A model generated the notes under the pieces. That model ran no database searches. It was not told where the DNA came from and saw only the letters and a list, made by a program, of their open reading frames with translations. The position numbers were made by a program, and so were the translations under genes. A stretch of 64,000 nt of DNA, from contig JBHLME010000001.1 in NCBI GenBank assembly GCA_048938445.1, positions 27,951 to 91,950 of the forward strand. Direction: 5' to 3'. This document shows, one piece after another, positions 9,520-19,325 of this stretch. This DNA is from Promethearchaeota archaeon. GTDB lineage: Archaea; Asgardarchaeota; Lokiarchaeia; Sigyniarchaeales; SOKP01. The stretch's first letter is position 1. Each line of letters starts with the position of its first letter.

Positions 9520-10881
9520 TTGATAATAATGATGTTGCATTCTACAAATAAAAATACTCAAGATGTTGATTTTAAAACAGCCATTATTAGGGGCCAAGCA
9601 TTAGATAAAGGTTTATACATGTTAAATGAATTTCCTAAGCTCAATAAAGAGACGATTTTCTCTTTTAAGACCTTTAAGATTAATGAAATTGGTCATCTTA
9701 TATTATCAAAAATCGTGGGAGATTCCATTCCAAAAAAAGACCTAGAAAATCTTATTGATAAAGCTCTGAATTTTGATGTTCCAGTCGAAAAAATTAATGA
9801 TAATGATTATATTTGTTATTTAGACCGAGGACCGACTGCGAGTTTTAAAGACTTTGGGGCAAGAACTTTAGCACGAATCATGGAATATTATCTTGAAGAA
9901 GATGATTCAAGGGCTATCATATTAACAGCAACATCGGGAGATACAGGAGGTGCTGTAGCACAAGCATTTTATAACATGGAAAGAATAAAAGTGGTTGTAT
10001 TATATCCCAAGAATGAAATTAGTGATTTACAGAGAAAACAAATGACTACACTTGGAAAAAACATAACCGCAATTGGTATTAACGGAAAATTTGATGATTG
10101 TCAACGCCTCGTAAAAACCGCATTTGCCGATCAAGAATTGAAACATCTCAATCTCTCCTCTGCAAACTCGATCAATATTGGGAGATTAATCCCTCAGACA
10201 CTTTATTATTTTTGGAGTTATTCTCGTGTTGTTGAGAGAGAAGGAGAGAAAGTAATATTTTCGGTACCTTCGGGTAATTTTGGAAATTTGATGGGTGGAT
10301 TGATAGCATTTAAAATGGGACTTCCTGTAAAAAAATTTATCAGTGCGGTTAATGAAAATGATGAATTTCCGCGATTTTTAAAAACGGGAGAATATCATAA
10401 AGTGGAGCCTTCTCGAAAATGTATAAGTAATGCCATGAACGTTGGACACCCCTCTAACCTTGCAAGATTGATTGATTTATATGGTGGTCATTTAGATGAA
10501 ACTGGAATAATTCATGTCAATCCCGATATTGATGAAATTAGAAAGGAGATCATTTCTTACTCAATTTCAGATGAATTGACTAAAGAAACAATTGTCAATT
10601 TTTACAAAAAATATAACAAAATAATTGAACCACATGGAGCAGTGGGATGGGCATGTCTTGAAATTTTTCGCAAATCTTATCCTGAAAATGAACAATATAA
10701 AATAATCAATTTTGAAACAGCTGATCCTGCAAAATTTCCAGATGAGATTATATCATTAATAAACATTAATCTAAAAATGCCAGAATCGTTAGATTTAATT
10801 AGTAACAGAAAAGAAAATCCAAATCCAATAGACATTAATAAATATCAAGAATTTAAGAATTTCTTAAAAAACAACTTCTAG
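9520..10881 (+). CDS. thrC: Threonine synthase
   Basis: 'GPTASFKDFG' PLP lysine, 'ATSGDTG', 'SANSINIGR', 'VPSGNFGN'. Confidence 0.95.
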   Translation: MIIMMLHSTNKNTQDVDFKTAIIRGQALDKGLYMLNEFPKLNKETIFSFKTFKINEIGHLILSKIVGDSIPKKDLENLIDKALNFDVPVEKINDNDYICYLDRGPTASFKDFGARTLARIMEYYLEEDDSRAIILTATSGDTGGAVAQAFYNMERIKVVVLYPKNEISDLQRKQMTTLGKNITAIGINGKFDDCQRLVKTAFADQELKHLNLSSANSINIGRLIPQTLYYFWSYSRVVEREGEKVIFSVPSGNFGNLMGGLIAFKMGLPVKKFISAVNENDEFPRFLKTGEYHKVEPSRKCISNAMNVGHPSNLARLIDLYGGHLDETGIIHVNPDIDEIRKEIISYSISDELTKETIVNFYKKYNKIIEPHGAVGWACLEIFRKSYPENEQYKIINFETADPAKFPDEIISLININLKMPESLDLISNRKENPNPIDINKYQEFKNFLKNNF

Positions 10882-11000
10882 CCATGTTATTTATTATTTT
10901 ATCAATTAATTGATAAAGAATTTAAATAGAATACGATATATTTAAGTTAAGGTATTTTTTTTTGTTATAAGAATATTAAAAGTTTTAAAGTGGATAATCC

Positions 11001-11942
11001 ATGGAATATCTAAAAGAAGAAACTCAAGCTCAAAAACTACTTTTTACTGGATTAGATAATGCTGGAAAAACTTCAATAATATTGACCCTTCAGAGAGAAT
11101 TTTCGAAGTTTGCAATTCTCTCTCCAACTAAAGGGGCTCAGAGAAGGGTATTCAGTTTCTTAGGAAAACATATCTCCGAATGGGATCTTGGTGGTCAAGA
11201 AAATTATCGTATCTCTTATTTAAGAAATCCAGATAAATATTTTGAAGGAACAGAAATAGCTATTTACGTGATAGATACTATTAATAGGGATCGTCATGAA
11301 GAAGCTCTTAGCTATTTAAAAGATGTAATTGAAAAATTTGAGGAATTAGAAATAGAACCGCCCATTTTCATTTTCTTCCACAAATATGACCCAGTTATTG
11401 TTAAGACTTCAATTGAAGAACTGAATAATACATTAATAAAAATAAAACAGACTATCAAAGAAGAAATTGATTATAAGAAAATTTATTATTATACTACTAG
11501 TATTTATGATAAACCGACAATAATTTCGGCAATGAGTGAAATCTTATTAACCTTATATCCAAAATCAGAGTTGTTGCAGAGGACTATTGAAGAATATGTT
11601 AAAAAAGTTAATGGAATTGGTGGAATTGTTGTTGATGAAAACTCACTTGTAATCTGTACCTATTTCAGTGATGATGATTCAAAAGCAATATTAAATACGA
11701 CCACCCCTCATTTTTTAGCTCTTCATGACAGTTTAAATTTAAGTATTAAGGGTACAACTACTTTACCTAATAATGATGAAATGTTAATACATCGATTTGA
11801 AAAATACTTTGTATTCAAGCCCATTCCATTAGACGATCAAGATATTAATTATTATTTGCTCTTGTTAAAAGATTCTCCAGAATTTACAGAAAGTTATTTT
11901 GAAACATTTTCTAGCGTGTTAAAAGAAGTTCTTGCCAAATAA
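11001..11942 (+). CDS. Rag/Arf-like small GTPase with C-terminal roadblock-like domain
   Basis: G1 GLDNAGKT, G2 PTKG, G3 WDLGGQ, G4 HKYD, G5 TSI; C-terminal 'GGIVVDENSLVI' roadblock-like start. Confidence 0.9.
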   Translation: MEYLKEETQAQKLLFTGLDNAGKTSIILTLQREFSKFAILSPTKGAQRRVFSFLGKHISEWDLGGQENYRISYLRNPDKYFEGTEIAIYVIDTINRDRHEEALSYLKDVIEKFEELEIEPPIFIFFHKYDPVIVKTSIEELNNTLIKIKQTIKEEIDYKKIYYYTTSIYDKPTIISAMSEILLTLYPKSELLQRTIEEYVKKVNGIGGIVVDENSLVICTYFSDDDSKAILNTTTPHFLALHDSLNLSIKGTTTLPNNDEMLIHRFEKYFVFKPIPLDDQDINYYLLLLKDSPEFTESYFETFSSVLKEVLAK

Positions 11943-12132
11943 CTCCTATTTTCATTAATTATTTTTAAGATAGTTTTTTCTTGATTAACCCTATATATAT
12001 GGTTAATGAAAAGTAATGAGAATTTCTTCATGTTAAGAGAACAACTTTCAATTAATAATAATTATTGCTAAAATTAATAAAACTGAATTATTTCTAATAT
12101 AATTGTAGATAAAAAAAAAGACGATATCATTA

Positions 12133-13332
12133 ATGAGAATTTGTAGTAATTGTGGGGCAACCAATCATGAAGAAGAAGGAAGTGTTTGTAGAAAATGTGG
12201 TGCGTTACTTCCTGTAAGTAGGAGTAGTAGAAGGCGCCGAATTGAAATGCCTACCGATGAAGTGAAACAAAAAAAACCTACAATTTCTCAAGAGAAACCC
12301 CTTATTGAAAATAATCAAATTGCACGTAATAATCAGAAAGCAATACAAGCTAATCCTGAAGTAACTTTTTTTGCACCTCAAGAGAAATCAAGTGAGCCAA
12401 TTAAACATCAATTTGATTTACAAGAAATTCCCTTACCAGAGGAATCTGCCGTGGAGGATTCCCAAAGTGAACTAGTTCAAATTCCAACGGTCAAATCTAC
12501 AATTAAGACTCAAAAGAAATTTACTTCTGAAAGGCCTTCAGTGAAACAATTACCCAGAGAGAATGGGATTAGTTTACAAGAAATTAAACCCCAACCGTAT
12601 CAAGGCACGATACTAAAACCCACAGTTCCAAATTTACAAGAGAGTGCTAATCAGTCAAATTCAAAAAATTACTCATCATTACCAGCATTAAAGCCTATAC
12701 CACCAGGAAAGTCTCCAAATAAAATAAAGACTAAACAAACAAAACAGAATGTATCAAAATCCAATAAAAATGTAACGTTACAAGCCACTGATAACATCGC
12801 TTCAATGCAAAAGCAAAAACAACTGGACTTAGAACAAGACATGATCAAGGTCTTAAAATTTCTTTCCAGTAAACTGAGTTTACCCGAAAAACAAACACTA
12901 GCTAAGGGTGAAATCCACGTAGAGAAAAAGTTAGAAAAACAAATAAAACCATCCAGTTTAAATGAAATATTAAAAAGCTTGCTAACAATGGATAGGTATA
13001 TAGAAGCTGCCGCCCTTTTAAAGACAGATGGGACTATTTTAGCTGCTGCAATATCCACGAGAATCTCTGATTCTCTATTTGCCACAATTGGGCAAAACCT
13101 TTCCATGATTGGAACTGATATCATACATGGCCTTAGCGCAGGTGACTTACAATCAATTTCAGTTCGCGGTACAAATGGAATCTTAGATCTAGCTCCTTTG
13201 AATAAGAATTCACCTATAGTAAAAGACATGATATTAATGATTTTTTCACATCCGAATGTGAGAAGTGGAATGATTAATTTTGCCGTTAAGAATGTCGAGA
13301 AGCAGATAATCGAATTTTTAAACGGAAATTAA
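12133..13332 (+). CDS. Zinc ribbon + long disordered linker + roadblock/LC7 domain protein
   Basis: CSNCG..CRKCG; about 200 aa Q/P/K/S-rich linker; C-terminal 'IEAAALLKTDGTILAA...ISVRGTNG' roadblock pattern. Confidence 0.8.
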   Translation: MRICSNCGATNHEEEGSVCRKCGALLPVSRSSRRRRIEMPTDEVKQKKPTISQEKPLIENNQIARNNQKAIQANPEVTFFAPQEKSSEPIKHQFDLQEIPLPEESAVEDSQSELVQIPTVKSTIKTQKKFTSERPSVKQLPRENGISLQEIKPQPYQGTILKPTVPNLQESANQSNSKNYSSLPALKPIPPGKSPNKIKTKQTKQNVSKSNKNVTLQATDNIASMQKQKQLDLEQDMIKVLKFLSSKLSLPEKQTLAKGEIHVEKKLEKQIKPSSLNEILKSLLTMDRYIEAAALLKTDGTILAAAISTRISDSLFATIGQNLSMIGTDIIHGLSAGDLQSISVRGTNGILDLAPLNKNSPIVKDMILMIFSHPNVRSGMINFAVKNVEKQIIEFLNGN

Positions 13333-14360
13333 CAACAAAATAGTATTTATAGTAAAATTATTTTTTATTATTTTGATAAAGGATTGATTTAAACTATCGA
13401 TGTTCAATCGACTTCATATCAATATTTTTTATTTGAATGTTTCCAGTTGAATACATAATAATAAAGAATAGTTATTACATTTTCGTAAAAAACACTTAAA
13501 TAATTATAAATAAAAATAATTAATATGGACAAAAATAAAATTAAAAATCTATGGTTATTACTATTAACGAATTTTATTATTATATCACTAGCACACTTAG
13601 CTAGCTTTATTACTCTATATGAAAATGACCGAGAACCAGTAATTTTTGTTTATTGGATTTTTATAGTAATAGTGTTTCCAATACTCTTAATTATGATATT
13701 AATATTAATAATCAAGGTTTTTAACCATAAAATAATTTGGAAAAAAGCATCAATTCAATGTATAATTATTAGTATTATAATTATAGGTTTTATCTTTTTT
13801 GAAATAATTGAATACTTATATATACCCACTTATGATACAGAGTGGATATTTATTAATGGATCGTACAGACCATTCCGAGTCTCTGTTTCTGAAAGGCCCC
13901 CACCGATAATTTCTACAATTTTTTTAATCTCAAGCATAGCTTCATTATTAATCAGCAGTTATTATCTGGATATCTCGGAATTAACAGTTGAGATAATGGC
14001 ATATCCCAAAAGATATTGTAATAATTGTATGATAAATGTCCTGCCTAAAAAAAAATTTAAATTTTGGATTTTTATAGTTCTACTGATTAGTACTCCTTTA
14101 TTCGGGATTCCAGCAATAATTTATCCAATAGCATATATATTTATGAATAAGAAATGTCCAATATGTAAAGGGAAAAATTTTTCAGCTTATCGAGAAGATC
14201 AACCTGATCAATTACCATTTTCCCCTGATATTCAACAATCTAATCATAAATTTTGTACAAATTGTGGAAATCTATTAATCAGTGGAGCATCTTTTTGTCC
14301 TTATTGTGGAAAACAAATTATTGAATTTTTAAACGAAAATTAACAAAAAAACAGTATTTA
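13300..14360 (+). repeat. Imperfect 50-bp direct repeat (13300-13349 and 14311-14360) spanning two gene ends
   Basis: 43/50 identical by hand alignment; both copies encode KQIIEFLNxN* plus the 3' flank. Confidence 0.85.
13525..14343 (+). CDS. Membrane protein with zinc-ribbon domains
   Basis: N-terminal TM segments; CNNC..TM hairpin..CPICKG; C-terminal CTNCG..FCPYCG. Confidence 0.7.
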   Translation: MDKNKIKNLWLLLLTNFIIISLAHLASFITLYENDREPVIFVYWIFIVIVFPILLIMILILIIKVFNHKIIWKKASIQCIIISIIIIGFIFFEIIEYLYIPTYDTEWIFINGSYRPFRVSVSERPPPIISTIFLISSIASLLISSYYLDISELTVEIMAYPKRYCNNCMINVLPKKKFKFWIFIVLLISTPLFGIPAIIYPIAYIFMNKKCPICKGKNFSAYREDQPDQLPFSPDIQQSNHKFCTNCGNLLISGASFCPYCGKQIIEFLNEN

Positions 14361-14362
14361 GA

Positions 14363-14683
14363 TTAAAGTAATCTAAGTTTTATACCTAAAGAAAAGTATA
14401 GAATTGTTGACATGATGACTATACAGCTGAATACGAAAATACATAATGTCCTTTCCAAACGTAATTTTCTATTCTTCTTAGAACGCGTGATGTAATAATA
14501 TAAAGCAATTATGTTCATTCCTAAAGCCATCAGTAATAATATCATGCCTATTATTAGCACTTCAAAAAAGAATAATGAATCGAATATCAAACTTGAAAAA
14601 ATCAAAAATATCAATCCAAAATACAAGAATACTAACATTACATCCTTATATTCTTGCCTTCTTTTTTCTGATATAAATATCAT
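14363..14683 (-). CDS. Small membrane protein (about 3 TM)
   Basis: Hydrophobic 106-aa ORF with AGGAGG SD upstream. Confidence 0.65.
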   Translation of the reverse strand: MIFISEKRRQEYKDVMLVFLYFGLIFLIFSSLIFDSLFFFEVLIIGMILLLMALGMNIIALYYYITRSKKNRKLRLERTLCIFVFSCIVIMSTILYFSLGIKLRLL

Positions 14684-14751
14684 GTTAATATACCCTCCTT
14701 TTTTAATTATATATCTTGTTTTAATTTTTAATTACAACTACAATTGAAAAG

Positions 14752-14817
14752 TTAAAACATGGGAGAAAGAAGCGTGATAAGTGAATCGAGAGCGGAAATG
14801 TTTGAGTTCCATTTCAT
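14752..14817 (-). CDS. Putative 21-aa peptide, in frame with the upstream 34-aa ORF
   Basis: MKWNSNISALDSLITLLSPMF* with GGAGG 7 nt upstream of ATG. Confidence 0.3.
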   Translation of the reverse strand: MKWNSNISALDSLITLLSPMF

Positions 14818-14841
14818 ATTATTTCCTCCGGCAGGCTCTAA

Positions 14842-14946
14842 CTATAGTATGAGCCCCACTATTACCAAGAAAACTGCTCCTAAAGCCATTAATCCCGACA
14901 TGCCGAGGATACCCATGAGAATTTCATAAACGACTTTAGCTTTCAT
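14842..14946 (-). CDS. Putative 34-aa hydrophobic Gly-rich peptide, absent from the ORF track
   Basis: MKAKVVYEILMGILGMSGLMALGAVFLVIVGLIL*; GAGGTGA SD upstream; locally elevated GC. Confidence 0.55.
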   Translation of the reverse strand: MKAKVVYEILMGILGMSGLMALGAVFLVIVGLIL

Positions 14947-15380
14947 TTTTTGGCAATTTCACCTCTATTATTTTTAAATTATTTGATCTTCAATATACAG
15001 ATATATAATAGTATATTTAAATATTTCGGTCTTATATATCTATACATGCTAGCTTTAATATACATTTTTCATATTAATCATTCAAAAATACAAAAATCAA
15101 GTAAAAATAATTGTATCGAAATATTAAAATCTCATTTCTTTAATATTAATATATTTAACTTAAATATCATTAGAATTTGAGAGTTTAAATATAAGGATAT
15201 TAATTAATTCAACAAATTTTAATGTATAAAGAGAATTATTTCATTAATCCTTAAAGGATTATTACGGAGCATCCCTCAGATATTATAAGAAAGTAAAGGT
15301 TTTAATTGAATTGATGAATCTTAAGAATTAGTTTATGTAAAATCGAATGGATTAATAAACCATCCACGAGGCAAGAAATT

Positions 15381-16763
15381 ATGAAGAATCATTTAAAAAA
15401 GCGATGTATAATATTTTTTGGAACGACTTTAATTATATTATGTGGATTTCTGTTCAATAATAATGCTAATATTAAGATAAGTAAATTTAATTCTAATAAT
15501 AATAATATTAATATTGCTTCACCTCCATCATTTGAGCAGTATTACACGTGGGGGGGTAGTGGTAATGATATTGGGTTTGGTGTGGCTTTGGATGCAGCAG
15601 ACAATGTATATGTTTCGGGATACACAGAGAGTTTTGGAGCACTTTCTCAGGACATGTGCTTAGTGAAATTCAATTTAAATGGAGTGGAATGGAATCACAC
15701 ATGGGGAGGAAGTGGAGATGAGAGTGGAAACGATGTGGCATTAGACTCAGTGGGCAATGCCTATGTAGCAGGACAAACAAGTAGTTTTGGAGCAATTAAT
15801 TACGACTTATGCTTGGTGAAATTCAATTCTACGGGGGTGGAATGGAATCATACGTGGGGGGGCAGTGGAGATGATCATGGACGTAGTGTAGCCTTGGATT
15901 CGGGAAGCAATGCTTTTGTTTCTGGCTACACTGAGAGTTTTGGAGCAATTAATTACGATTTATGCTTGGTGAAATTCAATTCTACAGGAGTAGAATGGAA
16001 TCGTACATGGGGTGGTGGTGGATATGATATTGGATTTGGTGTGGCCTTGGATTCAGCTGGCAATGCATATGTTGCTGGATATACTGGGAGTTTTGGAGCA
16101 GTTAATAACGACTTATGTTTGGTGAAATTCAATTCAACGGGAGGCGTGGAATGGAATTCCACCTGGGGAGGAGCTGGAACTGATGTAGGGCATGATGTGG
16201 CCTTGGACTCGGCAGGTAACGCTTATGTAGCGGGATATACATATAGTTTTGGAGCAATTTTAAGAGACTTATGCTTGGTGAAATTTAATTCAACGGGAAG
16301 CGTGGAATGGAATTATACCTGGGGAGGAACTGGGCATGATTATGGGGCAGAAGTGGTCTTAGACTCATCAGGCAATATATATGTAGCAGGATCTACAAAC
16401 AGTTTTGGTGTGAATGGTTATGAGACATGCTTGATCAAATTCAATTCTACAGGAGTAGAATGGAATCGCACATGGGGGGGTAGTGAAAAAGAAGAAGGGA
16501 ACGATCTGGTCTTGGATGCATCGGGCAATATATATGTTGCGGGATTTACTGAAAGTTTTGGAGCAATAAATAGTGACATACTTTTAGTTAAATTCAGAAT
16601 TCAATCATCTAACGATGGTTCGCAGATACCTGATATCTTGTTCTTCATAATAATAGGAATTATTATTGGAGGTATCACGGGAGGTACAGGAATTGCAATA
16701 ATAATCATAGTAGGTAAAATCCTTCCAAGAAAAAAAAGAGCTCGCGTCAGTAAGGCAACTTAA
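15381..16763 (+). CDS. Membrane-anchored extracellular beta-propeller (SBBP-like repeats)
   Basis: Signal-like N-terminus, seven ~50-aa repeats (WGGxGxDxGxxVALDSxGNxYVxGxTxSFG...LVKFN), C-terminal TM followed by a basic tail. Confidence 0.9.
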   Translation: MKNHLKKRCIIFFGTTLIILCGFLFNNNANIKISKFNSNNNNINIASPPSFEQYYTWGGSGNDIGFGVALDAADNVYVSGYTESFGALSQDMCLVKFNLNGVEWNHTWGGSGDESGNDVALDSVGNAYVAGQTSSFGAINYDLCLVKFNSTGVEWNHTWGGSGDDHGRSVALDSGSNAFVSGYTESFGAINYDLCLVKFNSTGVEWNRTWGGGGYDIGFGVALDSAGNAYVAGYTGSFGAVNNDLCLVKFNSTGGVEWNSTWGGAGTDVGHDVALDSAGNAYVAGYTYSFGAILRDLCLVKFNSTGSVEWNYTWGGTGHDYGAEVVLDSSGNIYVAGSTNSFGVNGYETCLIKFNSTGVEWNRTWGGSEKEEGNDLVLDASGNIYVAGFTESFGAINSDILLVKFRIQSSNDGSQIPDILFFIIIGIIIGGITGGTGIAIIIIVGKILPRKKRARVSKAT

Positions 16764-16857
16764 TCCATTATAAATAATTGTAACATCTCGAAGGGCGGTG
16801 ATTGGACTTTTGAGGTTAATTAATTGAATTTTCTAACAAAAATTATTTTCTTTATTT

Positions 16858-17649
16858 TTAAAATAACTGTTTTTGAATAAAGAGCTTTTTTATTTCAATA
16901 GTTTTATACCAGTTGATATACATTGGCAATTCTTGAAGGAAAGCATTCAAGCGATAAATTCCGACGAGAGGGATCTGGTTATCATTCATTTTTACTCCGT
17001 TATCTTCCATTGTAATCATCATCGGAATCATTATAAAGGGCAATTTTACTTTATAGTTCATTCCTAATAATTCTTGTATTAGACTAGATAGTTTTTGAGG
17101 ATTTTTTTTTAAAGCAATAACCCTACGAAGTTGATGATTTGCCGCTTTATTGATTGCATTAAAAGAATCTTTATTTTTCCATTGTTTCGCATCTATAATT
17201 AACATGTATTTATCATGTATTCCAATAACATCAATTTCATACCTTTTTTGCTTAGTATTAGATTTAAAAGTTGATTGATCACTAAATCTAAAGTTTTTAA
17301 TCACATGAAATCCATGTCTTGACAGAATTTCTTCTATGAGGGCTTCAAATCCAGAATAATCTAATAAAATTGAGAGCTTTTTGATGTCTAAATTAATATA
17401 TTTCATGCATTCGCAAATATATTGAATTTTATTAATTGATACATAAAAATTTTTTGTATAATTCCCATCTTCAATTTCTATAAAGTTAAACTCATGTAAA
17501 AAATGGTCCAAATCAATTTTATTTGATATTTTACATAATACGGGAATCTCATTAATTTGTTGCCAAACATCCATTACATTTCGGTCAACATTTTTAAGAA
17601 TATGATAAACTTCTAAGAAAAAGCGTTCTATAATTTGAGGGGAATGCAT
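16858..17649 (-). CDS. PD-(D/E)xK restriction-endonuclease-like protein (Mrr/NERD-like)
   Basis: 'FEALIEEILSRHGF', 'EIDVIG...IIDAKQW' catalytic motif. Confidence 0.8.
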   Translation of the reverse strand: MHSPQIIERFFLEVYHILKNVDRNVMDVWQQINEIPVLCKISNKIDLDHFLHEFNFIEIEDGNYTKNFYVSINKIQYICECMKYINLDIKKLSILLDYSGFEALIEEILSRHGFHVIKNFRFSDQSTFKSNTKQKRYEIDVIGIHDKYMLIIDAKQWKNKDSFNAINKAANHQLRRVIALKKNPQKLSSLIQELLGMNYKVKLPFIMIPMMITMEDNGVKMNDNQIPLVGIYRLNAFLQELPMYINWYKTIEIKKLFIQKQLF

Positions 17650-17873
17650 TTACTTACTTAAGATTTTATTTGAAAATAAAATTAAGAGACACAAAATTTT
17701 TTAACTTTTGAGATGACTTTAAAAAATTAGGTGAAATTAAGGTTACAAAGGGATTATCATTACCAAAATTATATAAATTCGTTTCCTATTATTATTATAG
17801 ATATTTTTTAAAATCATCTTGTAAATTCTTCTCTTTATAAATATTCAAAATCATCCTATTATGTAATAGTAAA

Positions 17874-19292
17874 ATGGCAGACAGCAAAAAAGAACTCATA
17901 AAAAGCATAGTATTATCCATATTCGATGAAGAAGGGCCAAGTCCGATAGTCTACTGGCCAGAGAGCTTAGACGAGACATCAAGCCACCTGATTGCTATGA
18001 AAACTATTAGTTTATTAATGGGTGATGCTGTATATCAAGATGGAGAAAATGTTGATGGGATAAATTATTTTGGAATATTACCTTTTCCAGATATAGGTTT
18101 AAATGGTTTAACTTACTTTTTTTTAATTTCTGATGAACGTGCTCGAGGTCAAGCAAAAGCAGCTACGATCACGATTTTAATAGATGAACGGAATAACAGC
18201 TTTTTCTATTCGAACATGAAATACCTCAGGATATTGCTCGATAAAACGGCGACTAATGTTCAAACTACACTTGAATTTGACAAATATTCAAGATACATGG
18301 ACGAATTGCGTGAAGAATTAAATGAATTTACAAGTGAATTGAAGGATCCATTTTTTTCAAATCGAAAATTAAAAATTATTATGGCTGGACTAGATAAAGC
18401 GGGGAAGTCCAGTTTCCTTAAGGGTGTAAAAAAAAAATATTCTGAAATCATCAAAATATTACCAACAAAAGGAGTTGACAGGACAGAAGAAAAATTATTT
18501 GAGGAGCAAAATTCTCAGATCTCTATTTGGGATTTAGGTGGCCAAAAACAGTACAGAGATAAATATCTTGAAAATAGTAAAATTTATTTATATAATGTTG
18601 ATTTAATTTTTTATTTAATTGACATTCAAGATACGAAAAGAATGGATCATTCTTTAGAACTATTTAGAGATATCATTAACACTTTAAAGCAATTCGATGA
18701 GTATCCTCCTATAGTTATTTGTTTTAATAAATTCGATCCTGATATTAAAAATTCAGATAAATTAATAAAAATCAGTGAACAAGCGACCCAAGAGATTAAA
18801 AAATATTCAGATAATTTCTTCATTAAAGTATTTCATACATCTATTTTTGACCATTATTCTTTAATTACAGCATATTCTTTTGGGTTATCACAATTAAGTC
18901 CTAACCGAGAATTGTTTTTAAATCAATTGAGAAACCTAGCAAATCGAATTGATGCAGGAGCTTTACTATTAATTAATGATAATGGCATTATTCTTTCTAA
19001 TTTTTCAAAGATCTCAGATAAAGTCTCTGATAAAGTATTTGAGATATCAGCACCTCACTTTCAAACTTTATATAAAACATTTAAAGAATTTAAATTATTG
19101 AAAAAAGACTTTATCATGTCTACAGGAATTACTGATGATTCTAAAAAAATTGTATTTAAAAAAATAAATGTTGGAAAATATAACTTGTATTTACTTTTTT
19201 TCATAGAATCTGAATTTGGCATGGATAAATTAGACCAATTTTTACCAGATTTCAGTCTAAACTTGACTGAACTGATGAAAACTTATCTTTAG
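17874..19292 (+). CDS. Folliculin/uDENN-like longin + Rag/Arf-like GTPase + roadblock fusion protein
   Basis: N-terminal 'VLSIFDEEGP' and 'FLISDERARG'; G1 GLDKAGKS, G2 PTKG, G3 WDLGGQ, G4 NKFD, G5 TSI; C-terminal 'ALLLINDNGIILS'. Confidence 0.85.
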   Translation: MADSKKELIKSIVLSIFDEEGPSPIVYWPESLDETSSHLIAMKTISLLMGDAVYQDGENVDGINYFGILPFPDIGLNGLTYFFLISDERARGQAKAATITILIDERNNSFFYSNMKYLRILLDKTATNVQTTLEFDKYSRYMDELREELNEFTSELKDPFFSNRKLKIIMAGLDKAGKSSFLKGVKKKYSEIIKILPTKGVDRTEEKLFEEQNSQISIWDLGGQKQYRDKYLENSKIYLYNVDLIFYLIDIQDTKRMDHSLELFRDIINTLKQFDEYPPIVICFNKFDPDIKNSDKLIKISEQATQEIKKYSDNFFIKVFHTSIFDHYSLITAYSFGLSQLSPNRELFLNQLRNLANRIDAGALLLINDNGIILSNFSKISDKVSDKVFEISAPHFQTLYKTFKEFKLLKKDFIMSTGITDDSKKIVFKKINVGKYNLYLLFFIESEFGMDKLDQFLPDFSLNLTELMKTYL

Positions 19293-19325
19293 CATATTAA
19301 AAAAAAAAATAAAAAAAAAAGAAAA

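Noticed and set aside
14950-15180. 76-aa plus-strand ORF
   Set aside because: TTG start, low-complexity AT-rich translation; overlaps the likely promoter and SD of the minus-strand peptide gene
15540-16600. Regular ~150-bp repeats as CRISPR or DGR template/variable repeats
   Set aside because: They are in-frame propeller blades; no reverse transcriptase and no adenine-specific variation evident
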